DNA of 47,142 nt from an uncultured bacterium (GCA_963981005.1 CAXCCM010000001.1:1-47142), one strand, 5' to 3'; shown: positions 8,973-18,852, numbered from the stretch's first letter. Program-made: numbers and translations. Notes: generated from the sequence alone by a model not told the origin.

Positions 8973-10499
8973 ATGAAGAAATATTTTGTATTAATTATAT
9001 TGATATTCATAATAAATCTAGCATTTGCCAGCAATCTTAATAAAGATGTAATAAATGAGTTAACTTCCAATCAAATAATTTCAGGTGATTCTCTTTTTAC
9101 AATATTATCTGATTGGCAAAATTATTCACAACCGCAAAAAACTGGTGTTTTTCTTTTGGAACATAATCAGGTTAATGATACTTTGGCAGCACCTTATGTT
9201 GTTTATATTCCTAATGGTTACAATGCAAAGAGTAAGACTCCTCTCATTATCTATCTTCATGGTGGTGTAAGCACAAAAGTTTTTCATGATACCCCAATTG
9301 AATATGCAGAGCAAAATTATTTTACAGAATATGCTGAAAAGAACAATTGGATAGTTGTATATCCAATGGGAAATAATGATACAGCCTGGTGGAATTTAGT
9401 TGGCATCAATAATATAAATGCACAAATTAGAGAATTAAAATCCCAGTATAACATTGATGATAATAGAATTTACATTACAGGATTCTCTGATGGTGGATCC
9501 GGATCATTTCATTTCGCATTAAATGCTCCTGATGATTTTGCAGCATTCTATCCTTTAAACGGGATGCTCTCTGTTGGAAGCATTGTAACACAAATCCCGG
9601 TTTATCTTCCAAATTTAAAGAATAGATCTGTTTATGCTGTTAATACTGATGATGATGGACTCTACCCAGCCAAGAAAATGCGTGAGTTAATGGAGCTCTC
9701 ACTAAAAGCTGATGCAAATTTGTTTTATAAAGAATATTGGGGAATCGGACACACATTTGAATATGCTAGTAGTGAACTTCCAATTTTAATTGATAATATG
9801 AAAACCAAGGTGAGAGATATTTTCCCACCAGAAATTTATTGGGAAACATCTATGCTTGAATATGGGAAGTGCGATTGGCTGCAGATAACAGAAATTGATA
9901 CAATGCAAACTCATAAGGAATGGCAAAAAGAATATAATGTTAAGCTAACTGATGAACGTGTTTCATTTGGGTTTTATAATGATCGTGAATATAAAGGAAT
10001 TGGAGCGAAGATCACAAAGATAATGCCAGAGTCAGCTGCAGAGGCAATGGGATTAGAGGAAAATGATATAATAATTAAAATGGATGATGTTGAAGCAGAA
10101 AATATTGGAAAATTAATTGAATTACGAAGTACAAAAAAACGTGGTGATGAATTTACATTAACTATTCTTCGAGCTGATGATGAAGTAGTGTTAAATGGTC
10201 TGTTTCCAAATGCATCTAGTTATAATGCTCTGAGTTATGAGAAATCCTCAGGTGCTGTGAAAGCAAACTATTTTGGGAATCATTTTAATATTGAAACTTC
10301 ACGAGTTTCTCAAATTGCAATTTACATTCACCCTAAAATGATAAATATGAAAATACCCATTATTATAACTTTAAATGGGAATGAAGTATTTAACGAAATC
10401 GTTCAGATAGATCGTGAATTTATGGTTAAGAATCTTCTGGAAAATCATGACAGAAAAGCTTTATGGACTAACAAAATATTTTTAAATGTTAATAAATAA
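8973..10499 (+). CDS. Secreted alpha/beta-hydrolase (esterase/peptidase-like) fused to a PDZ-like domain.
   Basis: It has a signal peptide, LIIYLHGG, the nucleophile elbow GFSDGGSG, and a later GIGHTF. The PDZ-like stretch is GIGAKITKIMPESAAEAMGLEENDIIIKMDD. Confidence 0.65.
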   Translation: MKKYFVLIILIFIINLAFASNLNKDVINELTSNQIISGDSLFTILSDWQNYSQPQKTGVFLLEHNQVNDTLAAPYVVYIPNGYNAKSKTPLIIYLHGGVSTKVFHDTPIEYAEQNYFTEYAEKNNWIVVYPMGNNDTAWWNLVGINNINAQIRELKSQYNIDDNRIYITGFSDGGSGSFHFALNAPDDFAAFYPLNGMLSVGSIVTQIPVYLPNLKNRSVYAVNTDDDGLYPAKKMRELMELSLKADANLFYKEYWGIGHTFEYASSELPILIDNMKTKVRDIFPPEIYWETSMLEYGKCDWLQITEIDTMQTHKEWQKEYNVKLTDERVSFGFYNDREYKGIGAKITKIMPESAAEAMGLEENDIIIKMDDVEAENIGKLIELRSTKKRGDEFTLTILRADDEVVLNGLFPNASSYNALSYEKSSGAVKANYFGNHFNIETSRVSQIAIYIHPKMINMKIPIIITLNGNEVFNEIVQIDREFMVKNLLENHDRKALWTNKIFLNVNK

Positions 10500-10501
10500 A
10501 T

Positions 10502-10924
10502 ATGAATAAATTACATCTCCTGCTAATATTAGTTATTATCTTCTGTTTTTCATGTGATACAACATCACCTGAAGAGCTAGATAAAAATGCGATCTTAGAT
10601 ATTCTAGATTCAATTCAAACTAACTTCAATTTTGATGATCTTAATGGTATAATGCAAAATTATCATCAATTGTTCAATCATAATGGATATTCTTATGGCT
10701 CAGAGAGTATTAGATGGGAAATTAGATTAAATGACTTTAATGAAATGACCTTTGATAATATAGATATTGTAATTAATGGTGATTTTGCTACTGCTTCTTT
10801 TGTTATGCATCTAGATAACACTTCATTAAATGAACCTTCAGATGAGAATGGTGATTTATCGTACTTTTATTATGACTATGGTAGCTGGAAATTATGTGGT
10901 GAGGACTTTGTTATTTTACCTTAA
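10502..10924 (+). CDS. Hypothetical small secreted protein or lipoprotein.
   Basis: The ORF is 140 aa with an N-terminal hydrophobic leader ending ..FCFSC. Its ATG lies 2 nt after the upstream stop. Confidence 0.55.
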   Translation: MNKLHLLLILVIIFCFSCDTTSPEELDKNAILDILDSIQTNFNFDDLNGIMQNYHQLFNHNGYSYGSESIRWEIRLNDFNEMTFDNIDIVINGDFATASFVMHLDNTSLNEPSDENGDLSYFYYDYGSWKLCGEDFVILP

Positions 10925-11469
10925 TGCCTTGGCTGATAAGCTCCACATCCTATAAATATATTATCATTGAATTTTGTAAGATAAGTTAACTTCATTTCAA
11001 CTTTCTGAGTCTCATAATTTCTCCAGTAATACTCGATCCATCCATTATTAGACTCATTCATAAGTTTAAGAAAAGCTTTAACAAAATACTTCCCCGCTGA
11101 ATCTTTCAAGTCGATAAGATTCTTACCGATCAATGCTTCTTCTGCTCCGTGGCTTAAGACATTACCGTCCATATCAAAAACAAAAATATATAGATCTTTA
11201 AAATGGAATTTCCCAGCTTTATTTTTGAAATCTATAAAAGCTTTTTCTGTACCTACTTCTTGCATATAGATGATTGCATCAATAACCATTGCTTTTGCTT
11301 GTAGGGGCGTACCATATTTAATCATATCTTCGTGGGAAGCTAATGCAGATCCTGCATAGGTGCTCTGGTCATTTAGATTTTCCTTTATAGGATCATTTGA
11401 TTGAGGGCTTTCTGACAGTAAACTCAGACTGAATAAAGTAATAATTAATAAGATGATAAATTTTTTCAT
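10921..11469 (-). CDS. Secreted stand-alone Cache-like (Cache_2/sCache-type) ligand-binding domain protein.
   Basis: It has a signal peptide followed by KAFIDFKNK..YIFVFDMDGNVLSHG..GKNLIDLKDS.GKYF...GWIEYYW, a pattern typical of single Cache domains. The RBS is AGGAGG. There is no transmitter domain. Confidence 0.6.
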   Translation of the reverse strand: MKKFIILLIITLFSLSLLSESPQSNDPIKENLNDQSTYAGSALASHEDMIKYGTPLQAKAMVIDAIIYMQEVGTEKAFIDFKNKAGKFHFKDLYIFVFDMDGNVLSHGAEEALIGKNLIDLKDSAGKYFVKAFLKLMNESNNGWIEYYWRNYETQKVEMKLTYLTKFNDNIFIGCGAYQPRH

Positions 11470-11521
11470 TCTTACCTCCTATTTGTTATAAACAATGTAA
11501 TTGTTAATTAATATATTGCTA

Positions 11522-11552
11522 GAAAAAAAAGCCGCTCTTTCGAACGGCTTTT
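11522..11552 (-). terminator. Intrinsic terminator after tRNA-Leu.
   Basis: AAGCCG-ctctttcgaa-CGGCTT is followed on the minus strand by T8. Confidence 0.65.
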
Positions 11553-11556
11553 GTAT

Positions 11557-11644
11557 TGGTGCAGAAGGCGGGACTTGAACCCGCACACCATTAGATGGCA
11601 CAAGATCCTTAGTCTTGCGTGTCTGCCAATTCCACCACTTCTGC
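11557..11644 (-). tRNA. tRNA-Leu, type II with a long variable arm. The anticodon reads AAG and the CCA end is encoded.
   Basis: The hand-folded cloverleaf is as follows. Acceptor stem: GCAGAAG/CTTCTGC. D stem: GTG/CAC. Anticodon stem: CAAGA/TCTTG, with loop CTAAGGA. Variable arm: GCCAT-cta-ATGGT. T arm: GCGGG-TTCAAGT-CCCGC. The 3' end is A-CCA. Confidence 0.9.
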
Positions 11645-11651
11645 GAATCTC

Positions 11652-12005
11652 TTATTCAGTTGCTTCTTTAGCTGGTTCTTCAACCGGAATTACTGGAAGC
11701 TCTTCCTGCTCAAGCGGCTGTTCTACAACTTGCTCTTCTTTCATTTTGTCAACTGCCTTACTTCCAGTTGTAGCTTTCTTTCCTTTTAATTGAAAAGCGA
11801 GCAAAATGCAATTTATCATGAAAAGAATTGCAAGGATCTGTGTAGCATTCTTCAAAAATTTTGAAGCGCCTTGGCCACCAAGAACATTAGATGCAGCTCC
11901 ACCAACCATTCCGTCGAGTGCTCCACCTTTACTTGATTGAGCTAAAATCACTAATATCAAAGATATTGAAATTATTACATGTATTACCATTAATACTGTA
12001 TACAT
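11652..12005 (-). CDS. secG: Preprotein translocase subunit SecG, with an acidic C-terminal tail.
   Basis: The protein is 117 aa. It reads LILVILAQSSKGGALDG.VGG...NVLGGQGASKFL followed by a second TM segment, which is the classic SecG pattern. The RBS is AGGAG. Confidence 0.85.
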   Translation of the reverse strand: MYTVLMVIHVIISISLILVILAQSSKGGALDGMVGGAASNVLGGQGASKFLKNATQILAILFMINCILLAFQLKGKKATTGSKAVDKMKEEQVVEQPLEQEELPVIPVEEPAKEATE

Positions 12006-12034
12006 TATTACTCCTAATTACTTACTGCGAAACA

Positions 12035-12063
12035 CATTTATTTGTGCACCTTTTTAGTGTCAA
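12035..12063 (-). promoter_or_regulatory. Candidate promoter for secG-tRNA-Leu.
   Basis: On the minus strand, TTGACA (12063..12058) is followed by 17 nt and then TAAATG. It lies about 30 nt upstream of the secG RBS. Confidence 0.4.
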
Positions 12064-12097
12064 CCATAAATTGGTGTAAGAATAGATTAAATATTAG

Positions 12098-13096
12098 TTA
12101 CTTAAATCCTAAAATATTCTTCACTAATTTCATTTTCTCAGAAGCTATCTCTTGAGCTTTTTCTGAGCCTTCATCTAAGAGCTTATCAATGAAGTCTTTA
12201 TTATTCATAAGCTCATCATATTTCTCGCGCATTGGAGAAACCATTTCTTCCATTACCTCAAATAATTCCTGTTTCGCATGTCCCCAACCCATTCCACCTG
12301 CAAGATATTTTTCACGTAAAATATTCTGCTGATCATTTGATGTGAATAGTTTATAAAGTGTAAAAACATTGCATTTATCAGGATCTTTTACTTCTTCAAT
12401 TGTCTGAGAGTTTGTAACAACCTTCATGATCAACTTTCTTAGTTTTTTAGTTGGAAGAAATAATGGGATTGTATTATTGTAACTTTTACTCATTTTTCTT
12501 CCATCTAAACCAATCACTGTTTGAGTAGCTTCTCTTATAAGAGGTTTGGGAATGGTAAGAACATCTTTTTTATAAATATGATTAACACTTTGAGCTATAT
12601 CAATAGTCATTTCTAAATGTTGAGCCTGATCCTTTCCAACAGGAACTACATCAGAATCAAATAGTAATATATCTGCTGCCATTAATACCGGATAAGTGAA
12701 TAATCCCATATTAACTCCATCATCTTGATCTCTTTTGAGTTCATTATTACTCTGTACCATAGCTTTGTATGCATGCGCCCTGTTCATAAGACCTTTGGAA
12801 GTAAACGCTAGTAAAATTGTAGAAAGATCAAAAGTCTGAGGGACTTGCGATTGCCTATAAACAAGAGCATTCTTCGGATCTAATCCACATGCAAGCCATG
12901 TAGCTGCCACTTCGTATGTCATCTCATTTATTAGCTGCGGGTCTTTTATAGTATTCAAAGCATGATAATCTGCAATGAAATAACGTGCATCATATTCTTT
13001 AGTAAGCTCTATAGCTGGTTTTATTGCACCAAAATAATTCCCAATGTGAGGAGTTCCTGTTGGTTTTATTCCGGTTAGTGCAATCCCTTTATTCAT
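12098..13096 (-). CDS. trpS: Tryptophanyl-tRNA synthetase.
   Basis: The protein is 332 aa. The HIGH-type motif is TGTPHIGNYFG and KMSKS is present. The RBS is GGAGG. Confidence 0.9.
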   Translation of the reverse strand: MNKGIALTGIKPTGTPHIGNYFGAIKPAIELTKEYDARYFIADYHALNTIKDPQLINEMTYEVAATWLACGLDPKNALVYRQSQVPQTFDLSTILLAFTSKGLMNRAHAYKAMVQSNNELKRDQDDGVNMGLFTYPVLMAADILLFDSDVVPVGKDQAQHLEMTIDIAQSVNHIYKKDVLTIPKPLIREATQTVIGLDGRKMSKSYNNTIPLFLPTKKLRKLIMKVVTNSQTIEEVKDPDKCNVFTLYKLFTSNDQQNILREKYLAGGMGWGHAKQELFEVMEEMVSPMREKYDELMNNKDFIDKLLDEGSEKAQEIASEKMKLVKNILGFK

Positions 13097-13111
13097 TTAT
13101 CCTCCAATATG

Positions 13112-14386
13112 TTAAACAATTTTTCCAATAAGATCATATTCCCAAGCATCAATAATCTCAACATTTACGATCTCACCTATATTTGCTTTTCCTTCTGTAA
13201 TTAAAACCATTCCATCAATTTCAGGTGAATCAAAATAACTTCTACCCTCAAAAACAAATTCTTCTTCTTTACTTATTGTATCAATTATTACTTGTATCTT
13301 TTTCCCAACCAATCCAGCAAGAAATTCCTCGGAAATATTCTGTTGGATCTGCATGAGTTCATCTTTCCTCTGCTCTGCAATTTCTTCTGATACTTGTAGC
13401 TCAAGATCATATGCAGGTGTATCTTCTTCTTTGGAATAAGCAAATGCACCCAATCGTTCAAATTTCAATTCCTTCACAAAGTCTTTTAGCTCAATATATC
13501 TCTCTTCTGTCTCACCAGGATAGCCAGTGATTAGCGTTGTTCTAACTACTGCATCAGGCATTTTAGAACGAATCTCAGAAATTATTTGCATTATTCTTTC
13601 TTTTGTAACTTTTCTGTTCATACTGCCAAGAATTTCGTTGCTAATATGTTGAATTGGGATCTCAAAATACTTGCAAATCTTTGGTAGTTCAGCCATCGAA
13701 TCTATCAATTCAGATGAAATATGAGCTGGATGCAGATACAATATTCTTATCCACTCTAAGTTTTTTATTGCATGCAATTTTTGCAATAGTTCAGGAAGTT
13801 TCTGTTCTCCATAGATATCAACACCATATTGTGCAGTATCTTGAGCTGTAAGGATTATCTCTCGAACACCATTTGCAACCAATGCTTCTGTACTGGAAAC
13901 CAAATTTTCTATTGGAACACTTTTAAGATGACCCCTAATTGCGGGTATTGCACAATATGAGCAATGATTATTACATCCGTCACTTACGCGTAAGTAGCCA
14001 AAATGAGGAAGTGTGAGCAGTTTACGGTTTTCTGCAGAACTTATTTCAAATATTTTTTTAAAAGCGTTAAAATCCTTTAATTGGATTACAGTATCAATCT
14101 CTGGAAATGAATTTTTGATGTCATCATAATATCTTTTTACCAGACAACCAGTAACAATTAATTTTCTACATTTTCCAGATTTCTTAAGATCAGCAGCTTC
14201 TAGAATTGTAGAGATAGATTCCTCTTTAGCATCAAGAATAAATCCACATGTATTCACAATAATCACTTCAGCTTCTATAGTTTCTTCTGTTAAGGTATAT
14301 CCAGCAGTCTCAGTAATATAAGCAAAAACCTCACTATCAACAAGATTCTTAGAACATCCTAAACTAATTATTGCAAATTTTTTCAT
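13112..14386 (-). CDS. rimO: Ribosomal protein S12 methylthiotransferase RimO (radical SAM MTTase with a TRAM domain).
   Basis: It has the N-terminal LGCSKNLVDSE motif, the radical SAM motif CNNHCSYC, and a C-terminal TRAM-like segment. The 424-aa length fits RimO better than MiaB. Confidence 0.8.
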   Translation of the reverse strand: MKKFAIISLGCSKNLVDSEVFAYITETAGYTLTEETIEAEVIIVNTCGFILDAKEESISTILEAADLKKSGKCRKLIVTGCLVKRYYDDIKNSFPEIDTVIQLKDFNAFKKIFEISSAENRKLLTLPHFGYLRVSDGCNNHCSYCAIPAIRGHLKSVPIENLVSSTEALVANGVREIILTAQDTAQYGVDIYGEQKLPELLQKLHAIKNLEWIRILYLHPAHISSELIDSMAELPKICKYFEIPIQHISNEILGSMNRKVTKERIMQIISEIRSKMPDAVVRTTLITGYPGETEERYIELKDFVKELKFERLGAFAYSKEEDTPAYDLELQVSEEIAEQRKDELMQIQQNISEEFLAGLVGKKIQVIIDTISKEEEFVFEGRSYFDSPEIDGMVLITEGKANIGEIVNVEIIDAWEYDLIGKIV

Positions 14387-14406
14387 TTCTCTTTCTCAAC
14401 ACCGAA

Positions 14407-15651
14407 TTAATCCAGTAAATGAGTAATTACACCAGAACGAAGCTTAGGTTCGAACCATGTTGATTTTGGTGGCATCACTTCGTCTGCATCTGCAATTGCC
14501 ATGAGCTGTTCTATTGAGGTTGGGAACATACTGAATGCTACAGCTTCACCTTTATTAACTCGTCCGGATAGCTCTTCCAAACCGCGGATTCCACCTACAA
14601 AATCAATTCTCTTATCTTTTCTTGGATCACCAATTCCCAATATAGGATTTAGTAGATTGTCTTGAAGAATTGCAACATCAAGTGATTTCACAGGATCATT
14701 TTCATCAAAAGTACCATCTTTGGCTGTAAGACTATACCAAGTTCCATCTAAATACATTCCAAAATTATGCAATTTATTAGGACTGTAACCTTCAGTTTTA
14801 CTATGAACCTTAACATCGAAATTTTCTGCCGCTTTTTCCAAGAAATCTTCAACTGAATTTCCATGCATATCTTTCACAACTCTATTGTAATCCATAATAT
14901 AAAGCTGATTATCAGGGAAAATAACAGAAAGAAAATAATTATATTCCTCTTCTCCAGTATGAGCAGAATTAGCTTCTCTTCTGGTCTTCCCTACTTTAGT
15001 TCCAGAAGCCGAACGATGATGTCCATCTGCAACATACAAGAAATCTATATCAGAAAAAATACTTAATATTTTCTCAATATCATTTTGCTGATCGATCTTC
15101 CAAAAAATATGTTTGATCCCATCTTCTGTTGCTATATCATAAAGTGGATTTTCTTTGATAATTTCATCAACAATCTCATTTATGTCTTTGCGTGCGCGAT
15201 AAGTAAGGAAAACTGGACCTGTATTGGCGTTCAAAGTATCTACATGTTTAATTCTATCAGCTTCTTTTACAGCTCTGGTATGCTCATGTTTCTTAATGAT
15301 ACCTTTTTCGTAATCTTCTATTGATGCTCCCACAACCAGACCAATTTGATCAATATCTCCCATAACTAGACGATAGAGATAAAAACAAGGTTTATCGTCC
15401 TGAATAAGAACACCTTCATTTAACATTTTATAAAGATTTTCTCTTCCTTTCTGATACACGTCTTCACTATAAAGATCGATATCTACAGGAAGGTCTACTT
15501 CAGGTTTTACAACATGCAAAAAGCTATGTGGTTTACCTTTAACTTCTTCTCTAGCTTCAGCTGAATTCAAAACATCATAAGGTGGAGATGCTACATCTAA
15601 TATTTTATCTGCGGCAGGTCTTACTCCGTAAAAAGGTTTGATCTTTGCCAT
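14407..15651 (-). CDS. DUF1015-family protein (function unknown).
   Basis: The protein is 414 aa. The N-terminus IKPFYGVRP....V.SPPYDVL matches my recollection of the DUF1015 signature. Confidence 0.65.
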   Translation of the reverse strand: MAKIKPFYGVRPAADKILDVASPPYDVLNSAEAREEVKGKPHSFLHVVKPEVDLPVDIDLYSEDVYQKGRENLYKMLNEGVLIQDDKPCFYLYRLVMGDIDQIGLVVGASIEDYEKGIIKKHEHTRAVKEADRIKHVDTLNANTGPVFLTYRARKDINEIVDEIIKENPLYDIATEDGIKHIFWKIDQQNDIEKILSIFSDIDFLYVADGHHRSASGTKVGKTRREANSAHTGEEEYNYFLSVIFPDNQLYIMDYNRVVKDMHGNSVEDFLEKAAENFDVKVHSKTEGYSPNKLHNFGMYLDGTWYSLTAKDGTFDENDPVKSLDVAILQDNLLNPILGIGDPRKDKRIDFVGGIRGLEELSGRVNKGEAVAFSMFPTSIEQLMAIADADEVMPPKSTWFEPKLRSGVITHLLD

Positions 15652-15665
15652 TGTTTCTCTCCTGT

Positions 15666-18600
15666 TTATTTATATTTCTTCTTAATAATATAATTCTTTT
15701 CAACGGTCATAAATACTTCATTGCCGTTAATATCCCATGTTATCATATCTTCTTGTTCACCCTTACAACAATGGAAGGAATCGGATAATGTTTCTGCTTT
15801 TATGTAATCTGCATATTTAGTGAAAACATTTTGTATCAAATTGCTTCCAACATAGAAAATTTTAATGCGATCCATGATATCCATTCCTTTATCTTTACGA
15901 GTATTCTGGATCTTGGCAACAAGCTCACGAGCAAGTCCCTCTTCAATAAGTTCATCATTCAATGCTGTATCTAAGGCTACAAACAACTCTTGATTATAAG
16001 ATTCAAAAACAAATCCCTCTTTATCTTTTATAGAAATGCTCAAATCTTCTTCAGTAAGCTTAAAAGTACTTCCATCCATCTCTAAATAATATTCATTATT
16101 TTTATGAAGAGTTTCCACGATATGATTTGAATCCATTTGCTCTAAAGCAGCTACAATACGTTTAATATGCTTACCGTATTTCGGACCCATCACCTTGAAA
16201 TTTGCCTTAAATTCATAAGTAACAAAACTATCTTTATCTGCAATGTACTTGATCTCTTTTACATTGATCTCTTCTTTTATAAGGTCTTCCATTCTAGCAA
16301 TAAGTTGTTTGTATTTTTCTGGAACATAAAGCGCTCCAAGAGTTTGTCTAACCTTTATCTGACAGGCATTACGCGCAGCTCTTCCCAATGAAACAAGCTT
16401 AATTACAGAATCCATTTCTTCTTCTAGTTTTGTATCGATTACCTTCTTATTTCCAATTGGATAATCATCTAAATGCACACTTTCTTTGCCTGTAAGATTC
16501 TTGTAGATTTCCTCTGAAAGATATGGTGCAACTGGAGCAATTAATTTACAAACTTCCACCAATACATGATATAAAGTAAGATATGCTTCTTTCTTATTAT
16601 CGGAAAGTTCCATCTCCCAATATCTTCTTCTGCAACGACGTACATACCAGTTACTTAAATCATCAATCACAAAATCCTGGATAGCTCGAACGCTCTTTGT
16701 AGGATGGTATTTATCATTACTGTTCGTAACAACTTCAACCAGATTATTCAATTTTGAGATGATCCACCTATCAATTTCAATAACTTTGTTCTCATTAAAT
16801 TCATATTTTGCAGCATCGAAATTATCTATATTTGCATAAGTTACATAAAATGAGTAAACATTCTTCAGTGTACCAAAGAATTTATTAACAATTTCTATAA
16901 CGCCCTGTTCATCAAACTTTGTAGGAATCCATGGTGGGCTTACTGCTAATAAATACCAACGGATTGCATCTGCACCATACTCCTCCATAAGCTTCATTGG
17001 ATCAACAGAATTGCCTTTGCTCTTACTCATCTTTTGTCCTTTTTTATCAAGAATAAGATCGTTAACTAAAACATTTTTGTAGGAAGATTCTCCTGTAAGA
17101 ATTGTCGATATTGCTAATAATGAGTAGAACCAGCCACGTGTTTGGTCGATACCTTCACTTATAAAATCTGCAGGGAAAAGTTCTTCAAAGAATCTATCTT
17201 TATTTTCAAACGGATAGTGCCATTGCGCGAATGGCATTGCGCCACTATCGAACCAGCAGTCAATAACTTCTGGTGTTCTCTTCATCTTTCCACCACATTC
17301 ACATTTAAATTCTATTCCATCCACATATGGTCTGTGTAATTCTATATCTTCAGGAACAGTTGAACCATCTTGCATCTTTCCTTTTTCACGTAATTCTTTT
17401 ATAGAACCGGCACTTTCATGTTTTCCACAATCCGGGCAAACCCAAACATTTAATGGTGTTCCCCAAAATCTATCCCTAGAGATCGCCCAATCGATATTGT
17501 TCTCTAACCATTCACCAAAGCGCTTTTCTCCGACAAAATCTGGAAACCAGTTGATTTTATTATTATTATCGATCATCTGCTGCTTGTATTCGCTTGTTTT
17601 TATATACCAGCTTGAACGTGCATAATAAATAAGCGGACTGTCACATCGCCAGCAGAAAGGATAACTATGAGTTATTTGCTTTCTTTTATACAATAATTTT
17701 CTATCTTTTAGATTTCTGATAATCTCCTTATCGGCATCTTTAACGAATACACCTGACCAGTCAGTAATTTTATCATTGAATTTTCCAGCACCATCTACAG
17801 GCTGAATGATTGGTAATCCATATTTTTTTCCTAAGTCGTAATCATCCTGACCAAATGCAGGAGCTGTATGAACAATACCAGTTCCATCATCCATTGTCAC
17901 ATAATCTGCAAGCCCAACATAAAAAGCTTTCTCTTCAGGTTTTATAAATGGGAATAGTTGATCATACTCTGTATGTTCAAGTTCACTTCCCTTATATTCC
18001 TCAACTATTTCGTATTCTTCATCAATGATCTCTAATCTTGCTTTTGCTAAGATCAGACTTTCATTCTCTAGTTTTATTTTAACGTATTTTGAGTCAGGAT
18101 GCATTACAAGCGCAACATTAGATATAAGCGTCCAAGGTGTTGTAGTCCAAGCTAAAAAGTATGTATTCTCTTCATCTATCAGTTTGAATTTGACAAATAC
18201 AGAAGGATCTTCTGTTTCTTTATAACCTTGTGCAACTTCATGGCTAGAAAGTGGAGTACCACAACTTGGGCAATAAGGCACTATTTTATGTCCTTTATAG
18301 ATCAATCCCTTCTTGAAGAAATCATTCAAAATCCACCATACAGTCTCAATATAATCATTTTCAAGTGTGATATATGGATTATCAAGATCGATCCAGTATC
18401 CCATCTCTTTGGTCATTTCACGCCACTCTTTTTCATAGGAAAATACGGAGTTCCTGCATTTATGGTTAAACTTTTCAAGTCCGTAAGCTTCAACTTCTTT
18501 TTTATCTTTAAGTTTAAGCTGTTTTTCTACTTCGATCTCTACAGGTAGTCCGTGCGTATCCCAACCAGCTTTTCTTTTTACTTGAAATCCTTTCATCGTT

Positions 18601-18815
18601 TTGTAACGGCAAACTGAGTCTTTTAGTGTTCTGGCAATTACATGATGAATTCCCGGCATTCCATTAGCTGTAGGTGGTCCTTCAAAAAAAACAAATTTTT
18701 CTGCTTTATCACGACTTGTTTCACTCTTTACTGCTATATTATTTTTTACCCAATATTCTCGAATTCTCTTTTCAAGAGTAGATGTTTTCTCTTTTACATC
18801 AACTTTGCTATACAT
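15666..18815 (-). CDS. ileS: Isoleucyl-tRNA synthetase, type 2 (eukaryote-like) form.
   Basis: The protein is 1049 aa. It has PPTANGMPGIHHV (HIGH), KMSKSKGN, and GWDTHGLPVE, where type-1 enzymes have GWDCHGLP. Confidence 0.93.
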   Translation of the reverse strand: MYSKVDVKEKTSTLEKRIREYWVKNNIAVKSETSRDKAEKFVFFEGPPTANGMPGIHHVIARTLKDSVCRYKTMKGFQVKRKAGWDTHGLPVEIEVEKQLKLKDKKEVEAYGLEKFNHKCRNSVFSYEKEWREMTKEMGYWIDLDNPYITLENDYIETVWWILNDFFKKGLIYKGHKIVPYCPSCGTPLSSHEVAQGYKETEDPSVFVKFKLIDEENTYFLAWTTTPWTLISNVALVMHPDSKYVKIKLENESLILAKARLEIIDEEYEIVEEYKGSELEHTEYDQLFPFIKPEEKAFYVGLADYVTMDDGTGIVHTAPAFGQDDYDLGKKYGLPIIQPVDGAGKFNDKITDWSGVFVKDADKEIIRNLKDRKLLYKRKQITHSYPFCWRCDSPLIYYARSSWYIKTSEYKQQMIDNNNKINWFPDFVGEKRFGEWLENNIDWAISRDRFWGTPLNVWVCPDCGKHESAGSIKELREKGKMQDGSTVPEDIELHRPYVDGIEFKCECGGKMKRTPEVIDCWFDSGAMPFAQWHYPFENKDRFFEELFPADFISEGIDQTRGWFYSLLAISTILTGESSYKNVLVNDLILDKKGQKMSKSKGNSVDPMKLMEEYGADAIRWYLLAVSPPWIPTKFDEQGVIEIVNKFFGTLKNVYSFYVTYANIDNFDAAKYEFNENKVIEIDRWIISKLNNLVEVVTNSNDKYHPTKSVRAIQDFVIDDLSNWYVRRCRRRYWEMELSDNKKEAYLTLYHVLVEVCKLIAPVAPYLSEEIYKNLTGKESVHLDDYPIGNKKVIDTKLEEEMDSVIKLVSLGRAARNACQIKVRQTLGALYVPEKYKQLIARMEDLIKEEINVKEIKYIADKDSFVTYEFKANFKVMGPKYGKHIKRIVAALEQMDSNHIVETLHKNNEYYLEMDGSTFKLTEEDLSISIKDKEGFVFESYNQELFVALDTALNDELIEEGLARELVAKIQNTRKDKGMDIMDRIKIFYVGSNLIQNVFTKYADYIKAETLSDSFHCCKGEQEDMITWDINGNEVFMTVEKNYIIKKKYK

Positions 18816-18852
18816 TTATTCTCCTAGTATTTTCAAACATAATTTATTAACT

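Noticed and set aside
11551-11793. An 80-aa plus-strand ORF spanning the tRNA-Leu and the 3' end of secG.
   Set aside because: It reads straight through the antisense of a well-folded tRNA and of secG. It is an artefact of ORF calling.
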